Shown here: positions 26,801-36,341 of the stretch, in pieces
Layout: each line of letters opens with the position of its first letter
Numbering within the stretch: position 1 is the stretch's first letter
Origin: Candidatus Marinacidobacterium sp.
GTDB taxonomy: Bacteria; Acidobacteriota; Vicinamibacteria; Marinacidobacterales; Marinacidobacteraceae
Assembly: GCA_965204755.1 (NCBI GenBank)
Contig: OZ242011.1
Location: 320,001-384,000, forward strand
Direction of reading: 5' to 3'
DNA length: 64,000 nucleotides
Notes under the pieces: generated by a model
What the model saw: the letters and a program-made list of their open reading frames with translations, nothing else
Databases searched by the model: none
Told to the model about the DNA's origin: nothing
Made by a program: the position numbers and the translations under genes

Positions 26801-27893
26801 GGAGATGGGGCCGCGCCTTCGCCGAATGCGCGGCCAACCAGGCAGCCAAGCCGCGGAGCGGCGACGGAATGGCCTCCTTGTCGGTGCTCAACAGCGCGAG
26901 GACGCGGCCCACCGGCAAACCCTCCTCGATCCGGCGAGCCAGGTACCGCGCACCCAGGAACTCCGCCACTTGCCGGTGCGCCGGGGAGAACCGCTCGCTT
27001 CCTCCGTCGGAAGTGAAGAGCCCCGCGCCGAGCGCCGCCCGAGCCGCGAAGTCGGACGACGGCGCCAGGGAGTCGATCGCCGGCCAATCGTCGGTCGCGT
27101 CCTTCGCGTACCGCGAGCACCCCTCGGCGCCGGCGAGCAGGAGCGCCGCGTCGAGTTCACCGGCCGCATCCACCAGCGCGGCGGCGGCGAACCGTTCCTG
27201 CCCGGAGTGGAGATGCTCGTCGTTGTATTCGCCGGTCAGGCGCTCACAGGCCGCTTCCAGGACTTCGCGATAACTGTCCTGCCAAGTCCCGCCGGAGGCG
27301 GCGAAAGCGCGGATGGAATTCAGGAGGGCGAGCGGGTTCCGCAGCCACGCATGGAACCCCCGCGCTCTCGCCGCCTTCAGGAAACCGTCCGCCTCGGTCG
27401 AAGCCGGCGTCGAGGCAGGCAGGGAGCGGACGAACCGCTCGATCTCGAAGTCCCGAAGCGGTTCGAGCCGCAACACCTTCACTTCTCCCCCGGGCGCGGC
27501 CTCTTCCAGCGGGGTGACATCCGTCCGCCCGAACCAGTCCGCGGCGCGGCACGAAAGCCGGAACCGGCGGCGGCCCAAGGCGCGAAGGCGCTGCACCACC
27601 CGGTCGAGCGGCTCGCGCGGATCGCCGGACGCCGCGCGCACCTCGTCGAGCCCGTCGATGAAGAGCGTTCCCTCGCCGACCGGCTCTTCGGCCGGCAACC
27701 GCAGGAACTCGCGCGCCGAAAAGTACCGGGCGGCGTCGCCGAGCGCCTCCGCTTCCCGCCGGAACTCGAAGGTCTTGCCCGAACCGGGGTCGCCGAGCAG
27801 GACGAAGGCGGCCTCGCTTCGGAACGCGGACAGCGGCCGCGCCCCGCGGGCGGCATTCGCCGCTTCGGTGACCGTCCGTACGATCGGCTTCAT
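23838..27893 (-). CDS. NACHT/STAND-type NTPase with helical central region and C-terminal PD-(D/E)xK nuclease-like domain (1351 aa)
   Basis: Walker A FVLLGDPGSGKT, Walker B LFIDGLDE, LSCRAADW, RNPLAL, HRQVAEFLGARYL; C-terminus E...RSDL...IPIEIK...QL...Y...GIYLVLWFG. ATGA overlap with the upstream gene. Confidence 0.85.
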   Translation of the reverse strand: MKPIVRTVTEAANAARGARPLSAFRSEAAFVLLGDPGSGKTFEFRREAEALGDAARYFSAREFLRLPAEEPVGEGTLFIDGLDEVRAASGDPREPLDRVVQRLRALGRRRFRLSCRAADWFGRTDVTPLEEAAPGGEVKVLRLEPLRDFEIERFVRSLPASTPASTEADGFLKAARARGFHAWLRNPLALLNSIRAFAASGGTWQDSYREVLEAACERLTGEYNDEHLHSGQERFAAAALVDAAGELDAALLLAGAEGCSRYAKDATDDWPAIDSLAPSSDFAARAALGAGLFTSDGGSERFSPAHRQVAEFLGARYLARRIEEGLPVGRVLALLSTDKEAIPSPLRGLAAWLAAHSAKARPHLLVRDPVGIAAYGDIHDFTPTDKRRLLREMRATAPELGAHRFPADFLRLLAVPEMAPTLRAELESADRGRSAQVLAGIAARALSLGRPMPAFADRLMEVARDGTRWYEVTRYALDAFIHNCVDEKRRRAELRRLAGDIRSGVVSDHYRELLGTLLGRMYPEEITPEQVWDYLLDQPEQLVGRYDGFWLRSLTKAEHSGRLPGLLAALRVRLPDHWAALENRFLAHLPLELVTQGMEEHGDGASTTEIYDWLRLGRESRQRSTVGSDGAVLRVRKWLEARPQRLVELWREGWERCPETEDFDPAVREVAATLGIARPPEGFGRFCLSLAVEMAIARPLLADWLLERAVERAGAERIRAKELIGRAFRRGMAARFRRLLKTDLPAGYLDLREQERPFVEERRRRDSAMARRIEDELEAFRENRASPALLRRLAWEYLGSLEEYLSAPGRGWRLSDPALRRVVVGALARAPWRDDVPDEDAIFDFHASSGIHSLAWPFLAGLEVMERECPERLETLGDDQWLRALAFYFTAPTNRLEPPPWYRELARSRPELTARVLVRWAKAEIAKGSESRVHLDLLVGDRQYAGVARQAALPLLSGFPVRGLGGQLQVLDLLLWAAIAHADRDGLLRVVARKAASKSMTVAQRPHWVAAGLAAAPDAYRDRFETLTRDEEAAREAAVFLCPDLDARVPDEGMDPVTLRLLVTRFGAMFRPEEPYEARVLGLADRAPERIADFIRRLGRSAGADAGRALESLIADRALSRWRPRLEAARDRRRRTVADVGFRHASADRVAEALRGGRPANAADLSAFVADHLDDLAAEFAGSDENAWRPFWNEDSHGGAVEPKPEESCRDALLGALRGRLGSACPIAPEARHAGGARSDLLVRCDGFAIPIEIKRQWHRDLWTAVREQLIPKYAAMPEAMGRGIYLVLWFGVSGASRPIARPPKGIRPETREQLHRRLVENLTPEERDRVEVRVLDVRPPAARRAEAEAG

Positions 27894-29161
27894 CGGTCCG
27901 GCTCCACCCAGTATCCCGCCGGAGCAGAGAGGAACTCCCCCAACGACATGCCGTCCGGGCCGACCAACACCTCGCTCGCGTGCGGGTAGCGCTCCCGGAA
28001 CGCCGCCAGACCTCGATGACGGGGCCCCCGCCTCCGGATGGTGACTTCGATGGCCGCGAGTTTGGGGCCCCGTTCGACGACGAAGTCCACTTCGAGCGCG
28101 CCTTCCCGCCAGTAGCGGACCCGCTCCCCGATCTCCCGGGTGTTCAGCAGGTGCGCCCCCACCGCGCTCGCCGCCAGCCGGCCCCAGAAGGTCCGATCGG
28201 CCCGCGCTTCCTCGAACGAACGCCCCGAGTCGAAAGTCATCAGGGAAGTGTCGAGGACATTGAGTTTGGGGCTCGAAGGCCGCATCGAGAACGGTCCGGC
28301 GTACTGTTCGAGCCCGGCGACGAGGCCGATGCGTTCGAGGAGGTCGAGATAACGGGCGAGCGTGGTCGTGTTCGACTTGTCCGCCAACTGGCCGCGCATC
28401 TTGTTGTAGGAGAGGATCTGCCCCGACAGGCCCGCGGAGAACTCGAAGAGCCGGGTCAGGAGCGCCGGCCGGTCGATCCGCGCCCTGGCGATCAGGTCGC
28501 GCTCGAGGCTCGCGTCCACCACCGATCGGCGGATGCAGGCGCGCCACGACCGGGGATTCGCCTCGTCCGGCCGGGCGCCCGGATAGCCGCCGAAGAACAG
28601 GAACCGGTCGAGGTCCACGCCGAAGGCCGCCTTCATCTCCCCGAAGGACCACGGGCCGGTCTCGATCATGTCCAACCGGCCCATGAGACTCCCGCCCGAG
28701 CCGTGCTGCATCATCAGCGGCGACGAACCCGAAATCACGACCCGCAACGGGCAGTCCCGAAAGCGGTCCGCGTCCCAGAGCCCTTTCACGGTTCGGGACC
28801 AGTGGGGCACGCCCTGGATTTCGTCGAGGGCGAGAACGAACCCCCGAGGATCGTTCTCCGCCTGTTCGCGCGCCCACTGCCAGATCTCCGCCAGCCAGTT
28901 CGCGTCCCGAACCACCAGCGGCGCGAACGGCGCACCCGGAAGGTCCGGCAGGTCCGGCGCCCGGTCGCGGTGGGCGGTCGACCCCATCCGGCCCAACGCG
29001 ACCAGGCCCGATGGCAACCCGCAACGCCCCAACGCCTGGCGAATGATGGTCGTCTTCCCCGTCCGGCGAGGCCCGAAGACCGCCTGGACCCGCTCCGGCG
29101 CCTCCACCAGCCGCTCCCGCAGGACCGCCACCTGCTCCCGCTCGAACTCCTGCCGCCGCAT
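27890..29161 (-). CDS. AAA_14 ATPase with DUF4143 C-terminal domain
   Basis: GPRRTGKTT, LDEIQ, SGSS, FFGGYPG, SSPKLNVLD, YWREGALEVDFVV, AIEV. Confidence 0.92.
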   Translation of the reverse strand: MRRQEFEREQVAVLRERLVEAPERVQAVFGPRRTGKTTIIRQALGRCGLPSGLVALGRMGSTAHRDRAPDLPDLPGAPFAPLVVRDANWLAEIWQWAREQAENDPRGFVLALDEIQGVPHWSRTVKGLWDADRFRDCPLRVVISGSSPLMMQHGSGGSLMGRLDMIETGPWSFGEMKAAFGVDLDRFLFFGGYPGARPDEANPRSWRACIRRSVVDASLERDLIARARIDRPALLTRLFEFSAGLSGQILSYNKMRGQLADKSNTTTLARYLDLLERIGLVAGLEQYAGPFSMRPSSPKLNVLDTSLMTFDSGRSFEEARADRTFWGRLAASAVGAHLLNTREIGERVRYWREGALEVDFVVERGPKLAAIEVTIRRRGPRHRGLAAFRERYPHASEVLVGPDGMSLGEFLSAPAGYWVEPDR

Positions 29162-29167
29162 GACGGG

Positions 29168-29173
29168 ATTATG
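29168..29173 (-). promoter_or_regulatory. -10-like hexamer CATAAT 6 nt before the ATG (leaderless start)
   Basis: AT-rich patch at 29168-29208; no Shine-Dalgarno sequence before ATG 29161. Confidence 0.5.
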
Positions 29174-29331
29174 ACGATTTGTTCCATTTTGGGCTACTTC
29201 GTAATATCGAGGGACGGCGGTGGCGCCGTTCTCCGGGATCGAGAGAAGCCCGACCCCGCGGGGTACTCCCGGCGCCGCACGGTGGCGGTCCCCGCCGCTC
29301 GGTCGACCGAACCGGTTCCGCCGTCTCCCGG

Positions 29332-30930
29332 CTACCGGAGAGGCCGCCGGGAGCGCGCGGATCCGGCCCCGGCGGCGCGCGCCTCGCCGGCGACGCGGAC
29401 GCGGACCCGGCGGGCGTCACCGGGGAGGTAGGCGAGCGGGAGGTCCTCGCGTTCGACCACTTCCGGCGAGCCCTCGACCGCTCCCGCGGCGACGGCGCGG
29501 CGCCCGGCCTCCTCGGTCGCTTCGCGGAAGGCCTCCTCGCGGGTGGCGCCGTGGAACACCCGGTCCACCTCGCCGCCCACCCGCGCCACCGCGGCGCCGA
29601 CCGCGTTCGCCACCTCGCCGTGCGGCGGCCGCTCGACGCGGGAGATCCCCGGCAACTCCGCCGGGAGCAGGAACGCGCCGCCGCCGACCGCCAGCAGCGG
29701 GAGGTCGCGCGCGTCCGGCTTCATCCGGTCCACCGCCTCCCCGAGCCGCTCGGCGAGTGATCCGGCGAACCGGCGGAGCGCGCCGGCGCGGAGCCCGCGG
29801 ACCGCCGCCCGGTCGCCGAGCCCGACCCATCCCGCCGCCACCGCCGCGTCGGTGGCGGTCAGCGTCGTCCCGCCGAAGACCAGCGCCGACTGCTCGAGGC
29901 GGAACCCCACGCTCGACGGGCCGACCGCGGCGCCGTCCGGGGACACGACGCTCCCGCCGCCGATCGCCAGCGACAGCAGGTCCGGCATCCGGAACAGCGT
30001 CCGCACGCCGCCGATCTCCACTTCCCGCGGCGCTTCGCGGGGGAACCCGGCGGCGAGGCAGCCGATGTCCGTCGTGGTGCCGCCCACATCCACGACGACC
30101 GCGTCGCGGAGGTCGGAGAGGAACGCCGCGCCGATCATGCTGTTCGTGGGGCCCGAAGACAGGCAGAGGACCGGCGTTTCGGCGGCGGCGGAGACTTCCG
30201 CCACCGTGCCGTCGTTTCGCGCGAGGAACAGCGGCGCGGCGATGCCGCTCGCTTCGAGCGCGCGGCGGAAGGACGAGAACACCCGGCGGGCGAGCGGGCC
30301 GAGCGCGGCGTTCAGGAGGCCGGCGTTCTCCCGGCCCAGCAGGCCGAGGCGGCCGAGGCGCCGGGACTGGGTGATCCGGGCGTCCGGGTGGACTTCCGCG
30401 AGGATCCCGGCGGCGCGTTCCTCCGCGGAGCCCTCGATCGGGGCGAACACCGACGAGAGCGCGATCTCCCGAATCCCGGCGGCGCGGATTTCCCGGCCGG
30501 CGCGGGCGACTTCCCGCTCGTCGAGCGGCGCGATCGGCCGCCCGTCGCACTCGGCGCCGCCTTCCACGGAGAACACCGGGCCGCGCACCCGGTCGGCGAG
30601 GCGGGGCGGCCAGTCGCAGAACGGGGGCAGCGAGGCGCTCGCCGGAAGCCCCACCCGGACCGCCGCGACCCGCGCCAGGCCGTCGCCGGTGACCACCGCG
30701 TTCGTGAAGTGCGTCGTGCCGATGACCACCCGCCGCACCGCCGACTCCTCGCCGGCGGCGGCTTCGCGGAGGGCGCGGGCGATGCCGCCGGTCACCTCCG
30801 GGGTGGTCGGCGTCTTGACGGCGCGGCGGACGGCGCCGTCCGCCATGAGCGCGGCGTCGGTGTGCGTGCCGCCGACATCCACGCCGACATCGAAGACGGC
30901 CGGCGGACCGGCGGCCGTCCCCGAGGTCAC
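29332..30930 (-). CDS. Hydantoinase/oxoprolinase family protein (subunit A-like)
   Basis: VGVDVGGTHTDA, IGTTHFTNAV, SSGPTNSM, VVDVGGTTTDIG, EVANAVGAA. GTGA overlap with the DUF917 gene. Confidence 0.92.
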   Translation of the reverse strand: MTSGTAAGPPAVFDVGVDVGGTHTDAALMADGAVRRAVKTPTTPEVTGGIARALREAAAGEESAVRRVVIGTTHFTNAVVTGDGLARVAAVRVGLPASASLPPFCDWPPRLADRVRGPVFSVEGGAECDGRPIAPLDEREVARAGREIRAAGIREIALSSVFAPIEGSAEERAAGILAEVHPDARITQSRRLGRLGLLGRENAGLLNAALGPLARRVFSSFRRALEASGIAAPLFLARNDGTVAEVSAAAETPVLCLSSGPTNSMIGAAFLSDLRDAVVVDVGGTTTDIGCLAAGFPREAPREVEIGGVRTLFRMPDLLSLAIGGGSVVSPDGAAVGPSSVGFRLEQSALVFGGTTLTATDAAVAAGWVGLGDRAAVRGLRAGALRRFAGSLAERLGEAVDRMKPDARDLPLLAVGGGAFLLPAELPGISRVERPPHGEVANAVGAAVARVGGEVDRVFHGATREEAFREATEEAGRRAVAAGAVEGSPEVVEREDLPLAYLPGDARRVRVRVAGEARAAGAGSARSRRPLR

Positions 30931-32033
30931 GGGGACTCCCCGGGGAAGACGGAGACGAAGTCGAGGTCGTAGCCGAAGGCGCGCGGCCCCACCGCGCGGA
31001 GTCCGGCTTCGGTCTTCAGCGCCGGCGGGACATCCAGCGCGATGACCCGGACCCGCTGGCCGTAGGCGATCACCTCCGTTCCCAGCGCTTCGCCGGTGGC
31101 CGAGTCCACCACGCAGAGGATCTCCGGGGTCATCGCCAGCGGCTCGCCGTCCCGCAGGGCCAGCGTGAACTCGTTTTGGAAGTGGAGCGCGAGTTCGGCT
31201 CCCCGGTCCGGCCCCAGCCCGGCGATGCGGGCGGTCCCGCGCAGGAAGCCGCGGGTCGTCCGCCGATCCATGTCGCTGACCTTGCCGGTGAAGAGGAGGA
31301 GGCCTCCTTCGGAGTCGAGCACCGCCGCCACCGGGTCGGCCTTCCGCTCGCGGGCCGAGCGAACCGCCGCGCCGATGCGGAGGGCGCGGGTGACCGAGCC
31401 GCGCACCGCCCAGCGCCGCACTTCCGCCCCGGTCCGGGGCGCCTTGCAGGTGGCGGCGATGGAGCCCACTTCGGTGACGGCGGCCCGGCCCAGCCGCTCC
31501 TGCCACTTCCAACTCGCGGCGCGTTCGACGACCACGATGTTGTCCCGGATGTCCGCCAGGCAGAAGGGGTAGTTGCGGAGACCGGCGATGGCGAAGGTGG
31601 TCATCTGGGCTTCGGGGAACGCCCGGCCCATGCAGTCGGCGTCGAGCACCGGGAGTCCGGTGCGGGCGGCGACGAGGAAGCCCTGGAGCGAGTTCGCGCC
31701 GCCGATCTCCAGCGGCATGACCGCCCGGAACTTCCGGCCGAGGCGCTCCTCCATGAAGCGGACCGGGCGGGCGGCGACCTCCGGGTCGGGGAGGCGCTCC
31801 TCCGAGACCAGCGGGGCGCCCATGGTGGAAACCACCGCGACGAGGTCGTCGTCGGCCACCGCGTCCGCCGGGAGGAGGCGCGGGCGGAACCCGGCGGCGC
31901 ACTCCGCGCGCAGGTTCAGCAGCGAGTGCCGGGGATTCCCGCCGCCGCCCGCGCCGAGGATCCAGGCGCCGACCGCGAGGGCCTCCAGGTCCTCCGGCGA
32001 GAGTTCCCGTCCGCCGGGAAGGGCCCCGTCCAT
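30927..32033 (-). CDS. DUF917 family protein
   Basis: GAWILGAGGGG, MGAP, EIGGANS, DADCMGRAFPE, FQNE, VGPRAFGY. Confidence 0.92.
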   Translation of the reverse strand: MDGALPGGRELSPEDLEALAVGAWILGAGGGGNPRHSLLNLRAECAAGFRPRLLPADAVADDDLVAVVSTMGAPLVSEERLPDPEVAARPVRFMEERLGRKFRAVMPLEIGGANSLQGFLVAARTGLPVLDADCMGRAFPEAQMTTFAIAGLRNYPFCLADIRDNIVVVERAASWKWQERLGRAAVTEVGSIAATCKAPRTGAEVRRWAVRGSVTRALRIGAAVRSARERKADPVAAVLDSEGGLLLFTGKVSDMDRRTTRGFLRGTARIAGLGPDRGAELALHFQNEFTLALRDGEPLAMTPEILCVVDSATGEALGTEVIAYGQRVRVIALDVPPALKTEAGLRAVGPRAFGYDLDFVSVFPGESP

Positions 32034-32205
32034 GCCGCGGCGATGCTACCGGCCCGCGGGGAGGGCGCCCCGCCCCCGCTCCCGCTTGCCGACCGCGCCG
32101 CGGAGGGGCGAACCGCCCGTTCGCGAGCCTTCCCGCCGGCGCCCCGCTCCCCCTTCCCGACCGCGGCGGCGCCTCTCCCGGTGGCGGGTACGCTCACCGC
32201 CGCCC

Positions 32206-32958
32206 GTGCCGACCCTCCACCTGCTGACGATCGGGCAGGCGCCGCGTGGGGACATCACGCCCGAAATCGCCGGGTGGATCGGCGATTGGCCCGGTCTCGA
32301 AGTCCGCGAAGCCGGGGCGCTGGACGGCCTCTCGCGGGCGGAGATCGAGCGGGCCGGCCGCGCCGGGAACGCCGACGGCGGCCCGCCGCTCGTGTCCCGC
32401 CTCCGGGACGGTTCGGAGGTCGTCGTCCCGGCCGGGTTCGTCGAGCCCCGCCTGCTGTGGCTGGCGGAGGCGGTTCCGCCGGGGGACCTCGGCGCGATCC
32501 TCTGCACCGGGCGGTTCGAGGGCGCCCCAGCCCGGATCGTCCCCCGGATGGTCCGGGCGGACGCGGCGTTCGAGGAGGCGCTCGCACTCGCCGCCCCGCG
32601 CGGGGCGGCCGTCGGCGTCCTCGTTCCCCACGAACGCCAACTCGGGGACGCCCTGAGCCGGGTCCCCCCGGGACGGCGCGCCCTCGCCGCCGCCTGGTCC
32701 CCCTACGGGCCGGCGGAGACCCGGCGGGCCTCGCTGCTCGAAGTCGTCGAGCGGCGGTTCGCCGGCGCGGGGCTCATCGGGCTGAACTGCCTCGGCTACA
32801 CCGGGGCGGACGCGCAGGCGGTCGAGGCCGCGACCGGGACGCCGGTAACGCTCGCGCGCCGGGCGCTGGCGGACGCCGTCCGCGCCCGCCTCGCGGAGGC
32901 CGCGAACCCGCGCCGCGCCGGAATCCCCGACCGCCGCCGGGCGGCGGCGCTCCCCTGA
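32206..32958 (+). CDS. AroM family protein
   Basis: LTIGQAPRGDI, LVSRLRDGSEV, LCTGRF, WSPY, LNCLGYT. GTG start at 32206. Confidence 0.85.
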   Translation: MPTLHLLTIGQAPRGDITPEIAGWIGDWPGLEVREAGALDGLSRAEIERAGRAGNADGGPPLVSRLRDGSEVVVPAGFVEPRLLWLAEAVPPGDLGAILCTGRFEGAPARIVPRMVRADAAFEEALALAAPRGAAVGVLVPHERQLGDALSRVPPGRRALAAAWSPYGPAETRRASLLEVVERRFAGAGLIGLNCLGYTGADAQAVEAATGTPVTLARRALADAVRARLAEAANPRRAGIPDRRRAAALP

Positions 32959-34559
32959 CCGGCCCCGGAGCGGCGCCCGCGCGGCGCCACCCCACGCTGT
33001 TCGAGTCGGGCGGGCTCGTCCTCCTCGCCGCCGCGGTCGCCCTGCTCGGCGCGGTCGTCGGCATGGAACTCCTCACCCGCGTGGGGATCACGCCCAACAG
33101 TTCCGTCATCGGCGCCGCGCTCGCCATCGCGGTGTCCCGGCTGCCGCTCGCCGCCGCCCGGCGCCTCCGCAGCCTCGAGCGGCAGAACCTGCTCCAGACG
33201 GTGATCTCCGCCGCCACCTTCGGCGGCGCTAACGCCGTGCTCCTCCCCGCCGGGGCGGTGTGGCTGTTCGGACGCCCCGACCTGGTCCCGGTGATGGTGC
33301 TCGGCGCGCTGGCCGGGGCGCTGGTGGACCTCCTGCTGCTGTTCCGCCTGTTCGGGAGCCGCCTCTTCCCCGCCGAGGGGCTTTGGCCGGCGGGCGTGGC
33401 CACCGCCGAGTGCCTGCGGGCCGGGGACGAGCGGGGGGCGCGCGCCCGGCTGCTCGGGCTCGGCGCGCTGCTCGGCGGGGGCGGCCGGCTGCTGGGGATC
33501 CCGACGGACATCGTGGGGATCTGCTGGATCGGGAACGAGGCGGCGCTCACCGCCTTCGGGCTGGGGCTGGTGCTCCGGGCGCACGCGCCGGACTGGTTCG
33601 GGGCGGACCTGGCCGCGCTCCATGCGCCCCACGGCGTGATGATCGGCGCGGGGGCGGTCGCGCTGTGGCAGATGGGCGCCGCGCTCCGCTCCCGGCGGCG
33701 GCCCGCCGGGGCGGCTCCGACGGAGGCGGACGGCGGCGCTCCGGCGGTCGGCCTGCCGGTGTTCGCCTGGGGATTCGCCGCGTTCGCGGCGGCCGCGGCG
33801 GCGGTCGCGGTCTTCGGCGGGCTCGCCGCCGGGATGGGCGCCCTCGGCGTCCTCGCCTTCGCGCTCTTCGCCGCGGCGGCGGCGCTGGTCTCGGAACTCC
33901 TGGTGGGGCTCTCGGCGATGCACGCCGGGTGGTTCCCCGCCTTCGCCACTTCGCTGATGTTCCTCCTCGTCGGGATGGCGCTCGGGTTCCCGCCGCTCGC
34001 GCTGGTGCTCCTCGCCGGGTTCGTCTCCGCCACCGGCCCGGCGTTCGCGGACCTGGGCTACGACCTCAAGGCCGGGTTCCTCCTGCGCGGCGAGGGGCGC
34101 GACCCGGCCCGGGAAGCGGAGGGCCGCCGGGCGCAGCGCAGCGCGGAAGTCTTCGGCCTGCTCGTCGCCTCGCTGCTCGTCCTGCTCACCTACGGGTGGT
34201 ACTTCGAGCGCGGGCTGTTCCCTCCCTACGACCGGGTGATCGTGGCGGTCGTCTCCGCCGGCCGGGAACCCGGCCTCGCGACCGCGCTCCTCGGCTGGGC
34301 GGTCCCGGGGGCGCTGCTCCAGGTCCTCGGCGGCCGGGGCCGGCAACTCGGCGTGCTCGCCGCCACCGGGCTGCTCATCCCCAGCGCGGCCGCCGGCTGG
34401 ACCGCGCTAGCCGCCCTCGCCGCGCGCCGGCTCCTCCGGCGGCGGTTCGAGGAGAGCGGCGGCGCCCGCCAGGTGCTGGCCGGAGGGCTCATCGCCGGCA
34501 GCGCGCTGGCCGGCTTCGCGGGCGGAGCGGCGGCCGGCTGGTTCCGGGGGCGGGGATGA
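32955..34559 (+). CDS. OPT/YSL family transporter
   Basis: GITPNSSVIGA, QNLLQTVISAATFG, MHAGWFPAFA, TGPAFADLGYDLKAG. Start is either CTG at 32955 (overlapping the aroM-family stop) or ATG at 33063. Confidence 0.85.
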   Translation: MTGPGAAPARRHPTLFESGGLVLLAAAVALLGAVVGMELLTRVGITPNSSVIGAALAIAVSRLPLAAARRLRSLERQNLLQTVISAATFGGANAVLLPAGAVWLFGRPDLVPVMVLGALAGALVDLLLLFRLFGSRLFPAEGLWPAGVATAECLRAGDERGARARLLGLGALLGGGGRLLGIPTDIVGICWIGNEAALTAFGLGLVLRAHAPDWFGADLAALHAPHGVMIGAGAVALWQMGAALRSRRRPAGAAPTEADGGAPAVGLPVFAWGFAAFAAAAAAVAVFGGLAAGMGALGVLAFALFAAAAALVSELLVGLSAMHAGWFPAFATSLMFLLVGMALGFPPLALVLLAGFVSATGPAFADLGYDLKAGFLLRGEGRDPAREAEGRRAQRSAEVFGLLVASLLVLLTYGWYFERGLFPPYDRVIVAVVSAGREPGLATALLGWAVPGALLQVLGGRGRQLGVLAATGLLIPSAAAGWTALAALAARRLLRRRFEESGGARQVLAGGLIAGSALAGFAGGAAAGWFRGRG

Positions 34560-36319
34560 CCCGCGGCGGGCCTTCGCCCCGGTCCCGGCGCTGCCGGTAC
34601 CTTTACGCGGCCATGCGACGCGCGACCGACCGGCCCCGGTTCCCGCCGCCGCGTTCCGCGCTCGCCGCCCCCGCGCTCCTCCTCCTCGGCCTCGCCGCCT
34701 GCGGCCCCGGCGAACCCGCGGCCTCCCGGCCCAACATCCTCGTCCTGGTCGCGGACGACCTCGGCTACACCGACCTCGGCGCCTTCGGGGGTGAGATCCG
34801 CACCCCGAACCTGGACGCGCTCGCCGCCGAAGGGCTCCGCTTCTCGAGTTTCTACGCCGCCGCCACCTGCTCCCCCACCCGGGCGATGCTCCTCTCCGGG
34901 GTGGACCACCACCGCGCCGGCCTCGGCGGGATGGCCGGCCTCATGGGGGGTGACCTCGAAGGCCGGATCGGCTACGAGGGCTTCCTGAACGACCATGTGT
35001 TCCACCTGCCGGCGGTGCTCCGGGAGGCCGGCTACTTCACCGGGATCGCCGGGAAGTGGCACCTCGGCCAGGGGGAGGGAGAGAGTCCCCGCGCCCGGGG
35101 CTTCGACCGGAGTTTCGCGCTGCTCACCGGCGCGGCCAGCCACTTCGAGGACGCCGCGCCGGTGGACCGGCTGGACGACATCCGCTACCGGCGGGACGGC
35201 GAAGTCGTCCCCTCCCTGCCCCCCGGGTTCTACTCGACCCGCGCCTACACCGACGAACTCCTCGGCTACCTGGCGGAAGCGGACGCCGCCGGCAAGCCGT
35301 TCTTCCTGCTCGGGACCTACACCGCCCCGCACTGGCCGCTGCAGGTCCCCGACGAGCACCTCGACCTCTACGCCGGGGCCTACGACGACGGCTGGGACGA
35401 ACTGGCGCGGCGCCGGGTCGCCGGGGCGAAGCGCGCCGGCGTCCTGCCGCCGGAGGCGGAAGCGCCGGAGCGGCCCCGCTACGCCCGGGTCTTCGCCGAC
35501 CTCCCGGAGGAGGAGCGCCGCCGGGAGTCCCGGAAGATGGAGATCTACGCGGCGATGGTCGAGCGGCTCGACCACCACATCGGGCGGCTCCTCCGGGAGT
35601 TGGAAGCGCGCGGCCGGCGGGAGGACACGCTCATCCTGTTCTTCTCGGACAACGGCGGCGCCGGGGAGGATGTGACCGGGATCCCCGGGAACGAGACCTT
35701 CCTCGCGGAAACCTTCGACTCTTCCTACGGGGAGATGGGGCGCATCGGCTCGTTCGCCTGGCTCGGCCCGGAGTGGGCGCACGCGCAGACCGCCCCCTTC
35801 CGCTACTTCAAGCAGTTCAACCACGAAGGCGGCATCCGGGTCCCCGGTTTCGCGGTCGCCCCGCCGGCGTGGGCCGGGACCCGCCCCGGCGCGGTGAGCG
35901 GGTCGTTCGCGCAGGTGACCGACCTGTTCCCCACCTTCCTCGAACTCGCCGGGGCGGAACTCCCGCCGCCGGACGGGGCCGATACCCGCGCCCGCCCCAC
36001 CGGGGTCTCGCTCCTCCCGCTGCTGACCGGCGAAGCGGAGGCGGTCCGCCCGGAGCCGACCGCCGGCTGGGAACTCTTCGGACGCCGGGCGTTCCGCCGG
36101 GGGCGGTTCAAGATCGTCTGGCTGGCGCCGCCGCTCGGGAGCGGCGAGTGGGCGCTCTACGACCTCGAAGCGGACCCCGGGGAGCAGACCGACCTCGCGG
36201 CCGAGCGGCCCGGGGTCCTCGCCGACCTGCTCGCCGGCTGGGAGCGGTATGTCGAGGAGAACGGGGTGATCGTCGTGGAGGACGACCGGGCGTTCGGCCC
36301 GCCGCCGATCCTCCGCTGA
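34556..36319 (+). CDS. Arylsulfatase (formylglycine-type, Cys), probable lipoprotein
   Basis: RPNILVLVADDLGY, CSPTR, GKWHLG, APHWPLQ, FFSDNG, EGGIRVP; lipobox LAAC. Start could be 34613. Confidence 0.95.
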   Translation: MTRGGPSPRSRRCRYLYAAMRRATDRPRFPPPRSALAAPALLLLGLAACGPGEPAASRPNILVLVADDLGYTDLGAFGGEIRTPNLDALAAEGLRFSSFYAAATCSPTRAMLLSGVDHHRAGLGGMAGLMGGDLEGRIGYEGFLNDHVFHLPAVLREAGYFTGIAGKWHLGQGEGESPRARGFDRSFALLTGAASHFEDAAPVDRLDDIRYRRDGEVVPSLPPGFYSTRAYTDELLGYLAEADAAGKPFFLLGTYTAPHWPLQVPDEHLDLYAGAYDDGWDELARRRVAGAKRAGVLPPEAEAPERPRYARVFADLPEEERRRESRKMEIYAAMVERLDHHIGRLLRELEARGRREDTLILFFSDNGGAGEDVTGIPGNETFLAETFDSSYGEMGRIGSFAWLGPEWAHAQTAPFRYFKQFNHEGGIRVPGFAVAPPAWAGTRPGAVSGSFAQVTDLFPTFLELAGAELPPPDGADTRARPTGVSLLPLLTGEAEAVRPEPTAGWELFGRRAFRRGRFKIVWLAPPLGSGEWALYDLEADPGEQTDLAAERPGVLADLLAGWERYVEENGVIVVEDDRAFGPPPILR

Positions 36320-36341
36320 CCGCCGCCCGCCGGGGGACCGG

